In this document: piece by piece, positions 1-11,318 of the stretch | How positions within the stretch are numbered: the first letter of the stretch is position 1 | Layout: each line of letters begins with the position of its first letter | Program-made: the position numbers and the translations under genes | NCBI GenBank assembly: GCA_951406725.2 | Contig: OX597836.1 | Span: 30,504,001-30,568,000, forward strand | DNA from: Octopus vulgaris | Lineage: Eukaryota | Length of the DNA stretch: 64,000 bases | Direction: 5' to 3' | The notes under the pieces: generated by a model | The model's input: the letters and a program-made list of their open reading frames with translations, nothing else | Told to the model about the DNA's origin: nothing | The model's database searches: none

Positions 1-860
1 AATCTGACACTTTCATGTGTACGTGTAAAAAATGCTGCTGATGTAAACAGCATCTGTAATCATTCTATGGTTGATAAAATAAAGCTTGTTGTTGGTAGTT
101 TCTCGTGTCTAATAAAGATGATTCTACAATTTTTTGCTGCACAGATGATTCATTTAGTGATCAAATGTTTGTGTTGTATGTAAGCTTATTCCCACCATCA
201 AATCGACATCACTTTTGCTGGTGTACAGTGTACCACATATCGGATGATGGGATTGCTCAAGAACACAACACATCACCTGGTCTGGAAATCAAACCCACAA
301 TCTTGTGATCAACAGCCTAATCACTAGGTCACATACCAAATAAAGTAAAGTACCACTCAAGTATTGGGGGTAAAATTAATAATTCCAATGAAGCATCAGG
401 TATGTGTGAATGAAATTGTAGTAGAAGACAAGAAATACATGCAAACACTTTTTCAAAGTACAGTAATTGTATTTCTTCTAGGATTACCTGATCACTCTTA
501 GCAATTACATTAACCTTGTTTTTGTGTTTTTTAAATGTTTTTTTCAATTTTAATTTTTCTATGATATTTTTTATGAGCTTATCTTAAAATACATATAAGT
601 TATTGACTGCTGCATTTAACACTTATGAAATAGTCTTATCAGCTGTCAGAAACCCAAGCAACTAATTAAAATAAACCCACATATTTTTGCTTAGCACTGC
701 TCCTTCTATTGATTTTAGCGCCACCACCCCTCAGACACACACACACAAATGTATTGAAATACTTTCCATTAACTGATCTTTCACTACATGTTATCACGTT
801 TTGTATATGTATCCCTGTGCAACTATCCTTTGTTTGCAACAGCAGAATCATACATTTAAG

Positions 861-1057
861 TTAACCCTTTGGTAACTATATATCTAATAAGTAAATTACG
901 TGTTTCAATTAAGTTTTCATTATTATCAAGATTTTCTAACTTTATATATTGTTATATGTTGGTGCAGACTGAAATCTCACATTCATATTATGAGATTTTC
1001 ATTGAGATTTTAATTAAAGTATGAACACTTTAGTACACACAGACACAAATGAGTTAA
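861..1057. mobile_element. Degenerate TTAA-flanked piggyBac-like MITE
   Basis: ttaa|CCCTTT ... GAG|ttaa ends, ~195 bp; loosely similar to the other TTAA MITEs in the window. Confidence 0.4.
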
Positions 1058-1061
1058 ACCT

Positions 1062-1466
1062 ACAATCTCAAACAAGTTTTGAACCACAGACTGGTTTCAA
1101 TGCAAGACAATTTTTCCATGCACTGGAGGATCACCTGCATAACAGAACACAAATGTGGCTCAGTATCAAATGATCCATGACCTAAGTACTGGTCAATGAC
1201 CTAGTACTGGTCCATGACCTAGTACTGGTCAATGACTTAGTACTGGTCCATGACCTGGTATTGGTCTATGGACTGGTACTGGTCCATGGCTTGGTATTAG
1301 TCCACAGCTGGGTACTGGACCACAGACTGGTACTGGTCCATGGATTGGTACCGGTCCATGGCCTGGTACAAATCCAGGGTCTGGCACATGGCCTGGTACT
1401 GGTCCACAGCCTGGTACAAGTTCATGGCCTAGTACTGGTCCACAGCCTGGTGGTTGGGGTTCCTTG
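1062..1466. mobile_element. Non-autonomous hAT/Charlie (MER1-like) element containing a minisatellite
   Basis: Left part 'ccacagactggtttcaatgcaagacaattttttcc' and right end 'ctggtggttggggttccttg' resemble MER1/Charlie3 termini and match the copy at 28450-29267. Confidence 0.6.
1171..1452 (+). repeat. 18-bp minisatellite, consensus CTGGTCCATGGCCTGGTA, ~15 copies
   Basis: Units read directly; they explain the periodic ORF 1261..1497 (LVLVHG repeats). Confidence 0.95.
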
Positions 1467-2064
1467 CATTAAGCAGCATATAAAACAGCATCAGTAGATA
1501 GCTCTACATAGTCACTCAAACTATGAATAGTGGGAGCCAAATTACCTTCAAATTATATAGCATAGCACAATGAAGAGACACAGATATTGCTAGCTGCAAC
1601 ACCCAGCATTTTAAATTCTTTCTAGATCCCTAAATTTATAAAAAAGAAAAAAACTCTAGCCCAGTGCTAATGCATCTTGCTCTTCCTCCAGCTACCATAG
1701 TTACTATACGGACACTTGAACTAATCAGTGAAAAACATGGTACACGCTGATACCAAGTCATCATGGGGTTGCAAGTAATGACTCTAGTAACCTTCTAAAC
1801 TAAGCAGCTGTCATGCCTTCGTGTACTCAAATTTACTGCAAGCATTAGCACCTGGCTAATTTCAAAAGCTAGTACCACCTTGTTAGCATCACAGAAGTAG
1901 GTATTTCTGTTATACATCTTCATGAGATAGCAAACTCATAATTACTGTCAGTGTAAGTGTGTTCCAGCCTTCCAAATATAAGATTTATTTATTCCTGCAA
2001 TACTTTGGCTCTCTAAAAAAATCAAAAGCTTCATGCTTCTAATCTTCTTGGAGGTGGTGGTGGT

Positions 2065-2430
2065 GGTAGTTGTTCTTTTAGCCCTAGTTCAGACATTCAC
2101 AACTTGATCTACAATCAAAGTCATAGCAGCCATGACCATCCCATTTTAATTTCCAGCATTGTGTATCTAGATTTCTTTCCTTGTTTTTTTCTGTGTATCT
2201 TTCTGTAGAAGAGCATAAGCTTGAAATGTAAAAGACTTTTTCTATTCCTGAGCGTTATACTAATACATCTGTTTGTTTTGTACACCACCTGTCTTCGTCT
2301 TTTATTTTTTTTCGTAATCTCTCCCTTTATATATTGTTAATGTGCCCTTTCTTTTTTAAGATGCTAGGGCATAGGTACCTAAGAAAACTGTGCTGTTTTT
2401 TTTTTTATGGTCGAACAACGTCTCAACATA
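2065..2430 (-). mobile_element. Unclassified ~220-bp interspersed repeat (family E, GGGCTAAACAACAAC tail), interrupted by a Penelope-like piece
   Basis: 'gttgttcttttagccctagttcag...ccatgaccatccc...atctag' is the reverse complement of the copies at 63075-63510. Confidence 0.6.
2180..2335 (+). mobile_element. Penelope-like terminal-repeat fragment with a hammerhead-like motif
   Basis: tcttt-CTGTAGAAGAG-cataag-CTT-GAAA-tgt-aaaaga resembles the CUGANGA-stemII-GAAA core of Penelope-associated hammerheads, but degenerate. Confidence 0.4.
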
Positions 2431-2620
2431 AGTTGTATGGCAAAACTAGCTACATTAGGGTGATGTTTGAAAAGGGCTGACAGCTTAAATAGCTAGGCCA
2501 AATACTCGGAATGAAGTAAGGCAGGAGACCAAAAGAAGCATTAAGATGGAAACTACATGTTAAACCAAATCCAGGCTGATCAAAGAACACCTGATGCAGA
2601 ATAGTAGAAGGTGAGCAGAG
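2430..2620 (+). pseudogene. Highly decayed RTE-clade LINE 3' ORF remnant
   Basis: Reads ...LYGKT... and GRPKEALRW, resembling the RTE C-terminal GRP.xRW motif; multiple stops. Confidence 0.3.
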
Positions 2621-2739
2621 AGAATCACCTTTTATAGGGCAACACTCTTTAAAGAGTTGCTAAATAGCAGTCAGAATAATGTCAAAATTTCAAAGCTTTA
2701 TTTCCCAACTAGGACGAAGAGAATTAAATAAGGGTCAAA

Positions 2740-3040
2740 TTTGTGGGGGTTAGCAGTTATTTCTAGCAGATTGAGCAACCACACTGAGGCTCTTTTGTTG
2801 GCTTAACTCCTCTTCTTGATTGTTATTCTTTAGCTCCAAGTCACACCTGATTCAGCAAACCTATGATCAATGGTGTTTCGACTTTTACCATCCCATCTTA
2901 TTTTCTAGCATTGCATGTTACATAATTTGATAAGACCTTTGTTTTGTTTTTGTTTTGGGGGTATTTTTTAAAAGTTGGCTGTGTATGATTTCAGTGAGAT
3001 TTGACTGCTATTTCTAGCTGCTCAACCAACTCACTGGCTT
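2740..3040 (-). mobile_element. Family E repeat, two adjacent partial copies
   Basis: 'tatttctagcagattgagcaaccac' and 'tttagctccaagtc...cctatgatcaa...gagatttgactgctatttctagc'. Confidence 0.55.
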
Positions 3041-3511
3041 TACGTTTCAATCTTCTTATAAATTCATAGATACATCTACTTTTCTTCCAGCTGAGAAAGC
3101 CTGCTATGCCTATCTTATATTGCATGATTTATGGTGTTATTTCAACAGTAGTTTGCCTACTGTCAAAACTAAATCTCAAACAAACCATAGATATGCTTCA
3201 TAGCTAAAAAGTTGTTGTCTCTTCAAGTGAACATGGCTATCTTCTGCTTTATTACTAATAACATTAGAAGCTTTTACAACTCTGACTCTATATACAGGCT
3301 CCCATTTTGATTTCAATTTGCAAGCAACCATTTGTTTGATCAACTGGACAATATACTCTTTGAATTGGCAAGCAATGTGGCTGAGTATTCCACAGACATA
3401 TGTACCCTTAATATAATTCTCAGGCCAAATTAGTGTGGCACAAGTGTAACAAAGTGGAGGTCTTTGAATTACTAGTAAAGCCATCCAATGGGCTGCTATG
3501 TAATTTGTGTC

Positions 3512-3672
3512 AGGCATGGCTGTGCGGTAAGAAGCTTGCTTCCCAACCACATGGTTCCGGGTTCAGTCCCACTACATGGCATCTTGAGCAAGTGTCTTCT
3601 ACTATAGCCTCAGGCTGACCAAAGCCTTGTGAGTGGATTTGGTAGACAGGAACTGAAAGAGACCCATCGTGT
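3512..3672 (+). mobile_element. SINE family A, 5' half (tRNA-derived head plus CORE-like domain; OR2-like)
   Basis: A box TGGCTGTGCGG, B box GGTTCAGTCCC, 'atcttgagcaagtgtctt' CORE-like segment; the matching 3' half resumes at ~5475 after the Helitron. Confidence 0.8.
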
Positions 3673-4116
3673 ATATATATATACTTCCATTATTTGGATT
3701 TTCTGGGAGCCCCTTTTAAAGTAGAAGGAATAGCTAAGATTTTTTGACTGCTATTTCTAAACTTCGGTATGTTGTGAAGCAAATCTTTGCTGAACCCTAA
3801 TTATAAAGTATATATATATATATATATACACACTAGCAGATATACCCAGCATTGCCTGGGTTAAAGAGAATAATGAAATTTAAAGACACTGTCTAGATTA
3901 TGCAGGTCTCAACTGCTAGTAGCTGAGACACCAACTTTCTACATTAATAACTCTCCAACCCATGCCAGAATGGAACATAGGTATTAAGTGAAATGTTAAA
4001 AGAAAGTATTCAACTCATATATGTATAAAAAGTAAATATATGTAATTCAAAAACATGTTTTGTATACCTTATTTTGTAACTAAAAAAACAGGTACAGATT
4101 ATAAACAATGAAAGGC

Positions 4117-4559
4117 CGATTTTGGTGATTCATTTGACAGAGGTAGTAGAGAGCCAATTCGATAATAAATCTGACCTTTGACCTTGAAGGTTTCATGAAT
4201 CATGGCTCAGTTAATTCTCTTGTGGCTCCAGATAATGTCATCTGTAGTGCCACTTTGTATTGTCTAATTTTGTTCTGGAAGTGCTTGAAATCTTGATCAG
4301 TTGATGACAACAGATTCTTCAATGGTTTGGGAGGTTGGAGGATTGTAGGGAGTTTAACCCTTCCACCATTGCAGCACAGTGTAGGTGTCTCTTCAGGTCA
4401 CTTCCTTGCTTTACAATGCATGCACTCAGTTGTCATTGCACCAATGGAAACTCTTGTGTCATCTGCATAATGAACTGCTGGATCATAATTGAAAGCAGCG
4501 TACCTCTGTTCATCACTGAGATGCTCTAGATTTTGTAGTGCAGAGACATTCTTTTGGCT
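4117..4559 (-). pseudogene. Helitron Rep/helicase N-terminal (Zn-finger-like) fragment, inactivated
   Basis: Hand translation: AAFNYDPAVHYADDTRVSIGAMTTECMHCKARK*PEETPTLCCNGGRVKLPTILQPPKPLKNLL...HFQNKIRQYKVALQMTLSGA...*FM/TFKVKGQIYYRIGSLLP. CxxC..CCxxGxV.LP and FKxxGQxYxxIGSLLP are typical RepHel N-terminal motifs; 2 stops and 1 frameshift. Confidence 0.88.
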
Positions 4560-4605
4560 GACCCTGACATTGTAGACAAATTTGACACTTTCCTTCTAGG
4601 CATGG

Positions 4606-4986
4606 TTATATTTATTTTTATTTTTATTTATTTTTAATTTATTTAGTTTCAGCTCTCGAGCTGTGGTCATGCTGGGGCACTGCCATTTGGTGTTGCTACA
4701 TGATTTTACTTCACGAATGCTTTTTAGCAACTGCCATTTGGTGCATGAGAGAGTTCGATGCAGCTGCCCTCATTTGCACCTCCTGCCGTGAAGTTGGTTC
4801 ATCTGGGACACCTGACAGGAAGAGATCCAGTTTTATTTTAAAGACATCTACATCCACCCCATGCAGGTCTCTCAGGTTCTTCGGGAGGATATTGAAGAGC
4901 TGTGGGCCTCTGAAGCCCAGGCTACCACAGTATCTTGTCCTACATCTTGATGGCAAATTTGGAGTCCTTGGCACTATGCAGTGGCG
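4606..4986 (-). mobile_element. 5'-truncated CR1-clade LINE 3' end (ORF2 C-terminus, 3'UTR, A-rich tail)
   Basis: ORF 4711..5205 C-part RHCIVPR...SLGFRGPQLFNILPKNLRDLHGVDVDVFKIKLDLFLSGVPDEP...AAASNSL is a CR1-type ORF2 end, followed by GGCAGTGCCCCAGCATGACCACAGC..GCTGAAAC and an A-rich tail. Confidence 0.85.
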
Positions 4987-5682
4987 TATATATGTATACA
5001 GATTTACATAGTAAACAACAAAAATAATTGGGTAACAGAAATTATATTTCTTAATACGACGGGTAGAAAGTAAATAAGAAATTTTTACAGAAAATAAAGA
5101 ATTGTACAGGTTGAAGTGAAATATGTCACTTAGTGAACCTAAGAGCCAATATTGAAGGAACGAGAAAAAAGCTGTTAACAACAGGAAAACACAAAACCGT
5201 TGCAAAAGTAAATGAGAAATTTTTAAGGAAATTAACTAAGTGTACGGATTTAAGTGAAATTTTTGAAGTTACTTCTGTCAGTAAATTATGAACTTACTTT
5301 TATCAGTAATTCTGTCAACAACAAAAAAACTCATTATGTGAAAAATTTATAAAGTCGAAAACCATCTCTGGAACATAAGTAATGTATGTTCCCAGTTTGG
5401 AAAAAATAAGTTGAAAAATATACCCGTTATAATCTTTTGCACACACAGACAGAACGGGATTTATATTATAGATATTCATGTGTGTGTGTGTGCCTGTGTT
5501 TGTCCCCATCACCACCACCGCTTGACAACGGATGTTGGTATGTTTACATCCCTGTAGCTTAGTGGTTCAGCAAAAGAGACAGATAGGAAAAGTGCTAAGC
5601 TTACAAAAAATAAGTCCAGGAGTTGATTTCTTCAACTAAAAGAAAAACCTATATTCATTCACAAAGCTTGGGTTGACTTGAG

Positions 5683-5784
5683 TATGGCACCTTGGGCAAG
5701 TGGCCTTGGGTCAACGGATGCCTTGTGAGAGGAGCTGAATTGTTAGAATGAAACTGCATGGAAGCTCATCATAAGTGTTTGTCT

Positions 5785-5815
<31 letters not shown>

Positions 5816-6103
5816 ATGTCTGCATTTTACAACTGTGCATGAAACCACTTGAACAAAAATAGTTACAATATGCTGACATTCCTTGTCAACAAATAATCTT
5901 GTGGCCCTGTACTTTTAAAGACAAATGGAATAACAAACATCTTCCGTGAAAAATATGTCTAGCCAAGGAGAAATATTATCTTACTTGGAAACAGGTGAGG
6001 GTTGGCAACAGGAAGAGCATCCAGCTATAGAAAATCTAGCTCAACAAATTCCATTTGAAATATGCAAGTATGGAAAAATGGACATTAAATGATGATGATG
6101 ATG
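5683..6103 (+). mobile_element. SINE family D (family A head plus RTE-type tail), degenerate
   Basis: ggcaccttgggcaagt ... ggaaacaggtgagggttggcaacaggaagagcatcc ... ggaaaaatggacattaaa(tga)n. Confidence 0.7.
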
Positions 6104-7223
6104 TTGATTTTAATTTATCAAAGAATTAGAGAGAGAAATAAAAGATAAAAATCATCGTAAATTTATTCCTTCAAAACAGTTGTGACATGAGCCTCTCCTA
6201 AGACTAACCTACCATGTAGTTAATTTCCAATGTATTGCAAAAAGAAAAAAACATTAAAAATCATGTAACGTTTGCAAAAGAAAAAGAAGGGTAAACAAAA
6301 AGGGGTTAATGAAAAACATTAAAAAAATATAACAGAACCAAAAGTGTCTTCCAATTCTCTCTGGAATGCAAAGAATTCTTTGAAAAAAAGCCCAGAGGTA
6401 ACAGATGATTTTAACTTAATTTAAGGAACCTTAAAAAGCAAAAAGGTGAAGAAATAGTGGCTTCAAGTAACTCACTCGTTTCTTGTGTTCTCTTTCTAGT
6501 TGCATTTGTTAGATTGTAGGATTTGTTGTACATTTTAGTTTCTATTAGAATTTTCAGATTTTCAAGTATTTTTTTTATCTCTTACTTGTTTCAGTCAGTG
6601 GAGTGGGGCAATGCCTTGAAAAGTTTTTAGTCAAATGAATCGACCTCAATGCTTTTTTTTTTTAAACCTGATACTTATTCTATCAATATTTTTTAACCAC
6701 TAATCTATGGGAATGTAAACAAACATTGGTTGTTGAGTAGCGGCAATGATGGTAGGACAAAATTAGGCATGTGTTTGTGTGTAAAAATTAACTTTGTATC
6801 ATAATGTTACGTAAGACTCTCCTATTAAGGTATGTTTTGAGCAAGCTTAGGTTAATAATTTGAAGAAGTTATTCTTCTGATATCCTGCTAATTATGCATG
6901 CGTAATTCGTAAGAAATATGCTCGTGAAAGGGTTTAAATAAACCATCAGTTTGGTAACATAAGCCCACTACTTATTCTATCAGTTTGTTGCTGAACCACC
7001 AATTTACAGTAATGTAAACAAACCAACACTGGCTGTCAAATGTTGGTAGTGGCGCCAGTTTAGACACAAAAACCATACAAAGTGTATTTCATTAAAAACA
7101 TGATGACATAAGATTAATTTGGTACTCGAGTGCTTCAACTGAAAATAAATACAAGATTGGTAATACTCTGTAGATTCCATTTTTTTTTCTTTTAGGCTTA
7201 GACAGAGAGAAGGCAGCACTCAC

Positions 7224-7240
7224 GACCCATTACACAGCTT
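7224..7240 (-). other. Candidate 17-nt microexon
   Basis: ctccttcctctttcccaccaatcttag|AAGCTGTGTAATGGGTC|gtgagt: pyrimidine tract plus AG, consensus donor; no transcript evidence. Confidence 0.35.
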
Positions 7241-7581
7241 CTAAGATTGGTGGGAAAGAGGAAGGAGTGTATTGAAAACGGAAACTTGACCCAAATGCTT
7301 GCAACAGAGTGCACTCCACTAAAAGCACCCAGAAATTATATCCATTTAAAATATTTTGAAAATAAAAAAATTGTTTTTAAATTCTAAATCTTGCATTCCT
7401 TTTAGCTTTATTGAATCATATACATCCTTCATTGAATAACTTCATAAATGCACACTGGTTCCCTCACCCCACACAAACATGTGCATTTTTAGGCAAGCAT
7501 TTATTCTCTTCACCCCACCTCTACCATCAGTTAGTGTCACCACTCCACATCAATGTCTTTGATTATTTTTTTCCCCCACTA

Positions 7582-7990
7582 AGACCAGTCAAGCCAAGTG
7601 AAATTGTAGTTGTGGCCAATGCCAGTGCTGTCTGACTGGCACATGTGCCAGTGACATGTAAAAAGCATCATTCGAGTATTGGGCCTCACGGAGGCAGTGA
7701 CAGGTGACCGAGATCTTTGGCAATATAATGTGCTTGTGTTGACCTGTCAAGCCAAAGTGAGATCACAGCTGTGGCCGATGCCAGTGTCATGTCAATGGCA
7801 CCCACGCTGGTGGCACATAAAAAGCTACCCACTACACTCTTGGAGTGGTTGGCATTAGGAAGGACATGCAATTGTAGAAACCTTGCCAAATTAGATTCGA
7901 ACCTGGTGCAGTCAAACTGTCCAACCTATGCCAGTATGGAAAGCTGATGTTAAATGATAGTGATGATGATGATAATAATAATGATGATGA
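7582..7990 (+). mobile_element. SINE/non-autonomous RTE-tailed element, family C
   Basis: Internally repeated 'gtcaagccaagtga...gccagtg' units, 'ggagtggttggcattaggaagg', tail 'ccaacctatgccagtatggaaagc..gttaaa(tga)n'. Confidence 0.8.
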
Positions 7991-8662
7991 TTCATTTTAC
8001 TAATCTGACATAGTTTCTAGGCCTTTATCTTCGGGTTTTAAATCCTGCTGAGGTCAATTATGTCTTTCATTCCTCCATCATCAACATTATACAACATCCG
8101 TTTTCCATGCTAGCATAGGTTAGACAATTTAACAAGAGTTGGTGAACCACAGAGCTGCATCATGCTCCATATCAACTTTAGCATGGTTTCTGCAGCTGAA
8201 TGCCCTTCCTAATACCAACTACTTTACAATGTGTAGTGGGTGCTTTTTTCAAGACACCCAACATCAGTGAGGTTGCCAAGTAAGTTCCAAGACAGAAAAG
8301 AATGATGGTGGGAACAGATAATAAGTTTCCTACACAGTCCTACATAGTCACATGGTCAGAGAATTGGGGAATTGGAAATGGCTAATTAAGTTAACCCCAG
8401 TCAAGTACTAGGGGATGATTTAATTACCTGTTCGTACTTCGCAAAATTCCTGATAGGTGGCTATATAGGAAACATTTTTCTTTTGACAAGTGGCTAATAA
8501 TTACTAAGTAGAAATCAGAGATAATAGATGTATTTCTCAGAAGAATCAAATGTCAATAATGCATTGCAAAATATTTATTACATACCTAACAAGGAAAAAA
8601 AAAACCATCAATTGCCAACAGTTTCTGTATCAATAAATACATAAAGTCTTTATACAGTTGTA

Positions 8663-9062
8663 AGGAATGGTCGTGTGGTTAAGAAGTTTGCTTCCCAACC
8701 ATGTGGTCTTCAGTTCAGTACCACTGTGCAACACCCTGAGCAAGTCTTCTACTATGACCCTGAACTAACCAAAATCTTATAAGTATATTTGGTAGACGGA
8801 AACTAAAAAAAAAGCTCATTGTCCGTGTATATAAAACATGTGTGTGTGTGTTGTGTTCCCCCACTCCACCCCACCATCACTTAACAATTGGTGCTGGTTT
8901 GTTTACATCCTAGTAACTTTGCAGTTTGGCTCAAAAAAAGACACCGATAGAATAAATGCCATGTTTAAAAATTTTTTTGAATACTCGGTGTCAATTCATT
9001 CAACCAAATCTTTCAAGACAGCACCCCCAGAATGGCTGCACTCAAGTAACAGAAAAAGATAG
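8663..9062 (+). mobile_element. SINE family A, old near-full-length copy
   Basis: All modules recognisable but diverged. Confidence 0.75.
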
Positions 9063-9313
9063 CTGTGAATGTATATGATTTAAGTTAATACGTGTTATAT
9101 ATAAACACACTTAACCTTTAAGTCCTATTTACTAGACTTGCCCTCAAATATGTTCCTTCACTATATTATAATACCCTAAATATTTTTCTTTTTGTATTTA
9201 ATTTTTATCTTTGATTCTCAACACACATCCAATAAAAATATCTATTTGATAAATATGATTTATTTTATAATTCTTTCTCCTTTCTAGTTGCAGATCATTT
9301 AACTGCTTCATAG

Positions 9314-9358
<45 letters not shown>

Positions 9359-11014
9359 TGTATTCTTGACAGAAACATTACATAATTTACTTACCTCATT
9401 GTATGCAAAACTATTTCGACAAAGACAAACTATATACTACCTATCCATTTAAAAATTGAAATAAACTAAAACAAAAAAACACAAAAATAGTACAAGAGCA
9501 GTAAATAATAGCAAAGAATTCTTCACACTTGCAGTTGAAATATTTAAATTGTTTGGTGCCAGCAAACTGCAGGATTGGAATGCTTAAAATTTATCAGATA
9601 AAAATCGATAACAACAAACAACTATAGTAAACTTACAGCTGATATTTTAGCAAAAGTTCACCTGGTTTCAATAGTAGGATTTTAAAAGACAATAAAATAA
9701 AGTAAAAAATCTCCAAAGAAATGGTAATAACAATGATAATAATGAAACAGAAGAAATTAGATAAAATTTTATCATGAGAATTATATTCTCAAAAAACTGC
9801 TGACATGCCTTAATCATTGATATTCATTTTATCACATATAATTTTATTTTATCACATGTAAGAAGAACCGAATCCCACTACAGCTTTCACTGAAGTGTGA
9901 AATAAAATTTTTTTTAAATAATAATAATTCAAATAAGAGTAAAAAAATATAGAGATTGTGTCTGAGAATCCCACAGAATACTTGAACGAACAAGCAAATT
10001 GTGTTAAATCTATGCTTGGAATTGAAAATGGATTTATTGAACTTTGTGGAGGAGGTGGTAAGAGAGAGGGACAAAAAATTTTTTTACTATGCAAATTTTA
10101 TAAAACAGTAGGAAGTCTCGTGTGAAAAGACAAAGTTTGTTGTCATGGCAATAGTAATAAAATGTGTAAATATTACATCTAAAGAAGAAAAAAATACATA
10201 TACATTTTAAAAATTATACAAGCCAATAATTTATCAAAAAACATTTATTTCCTCAAAATATTGATATCTCTTTGGAGGATTTACAGATAAATAGAGGGAA
10301 ATAAATTGCATAAATTGATTATTGGACATCAAAATGAGCATAAATAGGTTACATTCTTTAACCAAAAAAAATACATAAACGAATGACTAAACAAATAAAA
10401 CTCCAATACTGTTGCTGCTTGTTGGTTGTGTTTTATATTTTATTTTTTTGCATTTTTGTTGGGTTTTTTTTTACAAATTTTATCAGCTCACATAATCATC
10501 TTACATATGGAATTTATCAATAAACAGAAGGTGATCAAGTGTGTCATATAGAAAAATAGTTAAGGAAAAACAAATTTAGGCTGTGAGAAAAAAAAATGCT
10601 TCAAATCCATATCAGTAGGAGTTAATTGAAGACGTTAACTCACACATATATATGTATATTTTTGTATGTTTGTGTTCACACATGCATGCATAAACACACA
10701 TGCATACATATGTAGATATACGGCAAAGAGGTTTGTTCTTATTCTGATTGATGTGAGAAAGTACAAGAGGCAAGATGTTTTTAATATGCATTTCTAATAG
10801 TATTACATCTATTTACTACATCACTTAAGACAGTTCAACCTATGAGAATGACATAAACATCAAAGAAGAGGAAAGAAAACAAGAGAAATATATGAACATG
10901 TAGAATGAGTGCAGCCACAGATGTATACAGTCAACAAGATTGCTTAGCAAACATTCCATGTTCACTCCCACTACATGGCATCTTCAGCAATTGCTTTTCT
11001 TCTATAGTATTATA

Positions 11015-11282
11015 TCATCATCATCATTATTTAATGTCCGTTGTTCATGCTGGCATGGGTTGGATGGTTTGACCAGAGCTGGTAAGCTGAGGGGATACAC
11101 CAGACTCCAGTTTGATTTGGCATGGTTTCTACAACTGAATGCCCTTCCTAATGCCAACCATTCCAAGAGTGTAATGGGTGCCTTTACATGTCACTGGCAC
11201 AGGTGCCAGTTGTGTGGCACTGGTATCTGTCGCAACTACAATTTCACTTGGCTTGATGGGTCTTCTTACTCAAGCATGGCAT
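11015..11282 (-). mobile_element. Family C 3' part
   Basis: (tca)n-tttaatgtccgttgttcatgctggcatgggttgga...gcccttcctaatgccaacc. Confidence 0.8.
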
Positions 11283-11287
11283 ATTTC

Positions 11288-11318
<31 letters not shown>

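Larger units (their letters stand above)
3833..5472 (-). mobile_element. Helitron, internally deleted, with nested insertions
   Basis: Minus strand starts A|TC(TATAATATAAAT) at 5472 and ends with hairpin ACCCAG-GCAATG-CTGGGT then CTAG|T at 3833; contains a RepHel coding remnant. Confidence 0.8.

Noticed and set aside
1261-1497. 78-aa ORF with LVLVHG repeats; CRISPR-like periodicity
   Set aside because: An 18-bp tandem minisatellite with no unique spacers, inside a transposon; eukaryotic context.
9952-10047. Plus-strand exon-like frame EIVSENPTEYLNEQANCVKSMLGIENGFIELCGGG ending at GTAAGA
   Set aside because: No pyrimidine tract before the only nearby AG, and an in-frame stop just upstream; likely chance.
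10505-10580. 76-nt minus-strand segment with good acceptor and GTAAGA donor
   Set aside because: Stops in all three frames; a pseudo-exon unless it is a poison or terminal exon, for which there is no evidence.
9637-10845. AG|GT junctions as recursive splice sites (9661, ~10839)
   Set aside because: The regenerated donors (GTGAAC, GTTGAA) are far from the GTAAGT consensus of recursive sites.
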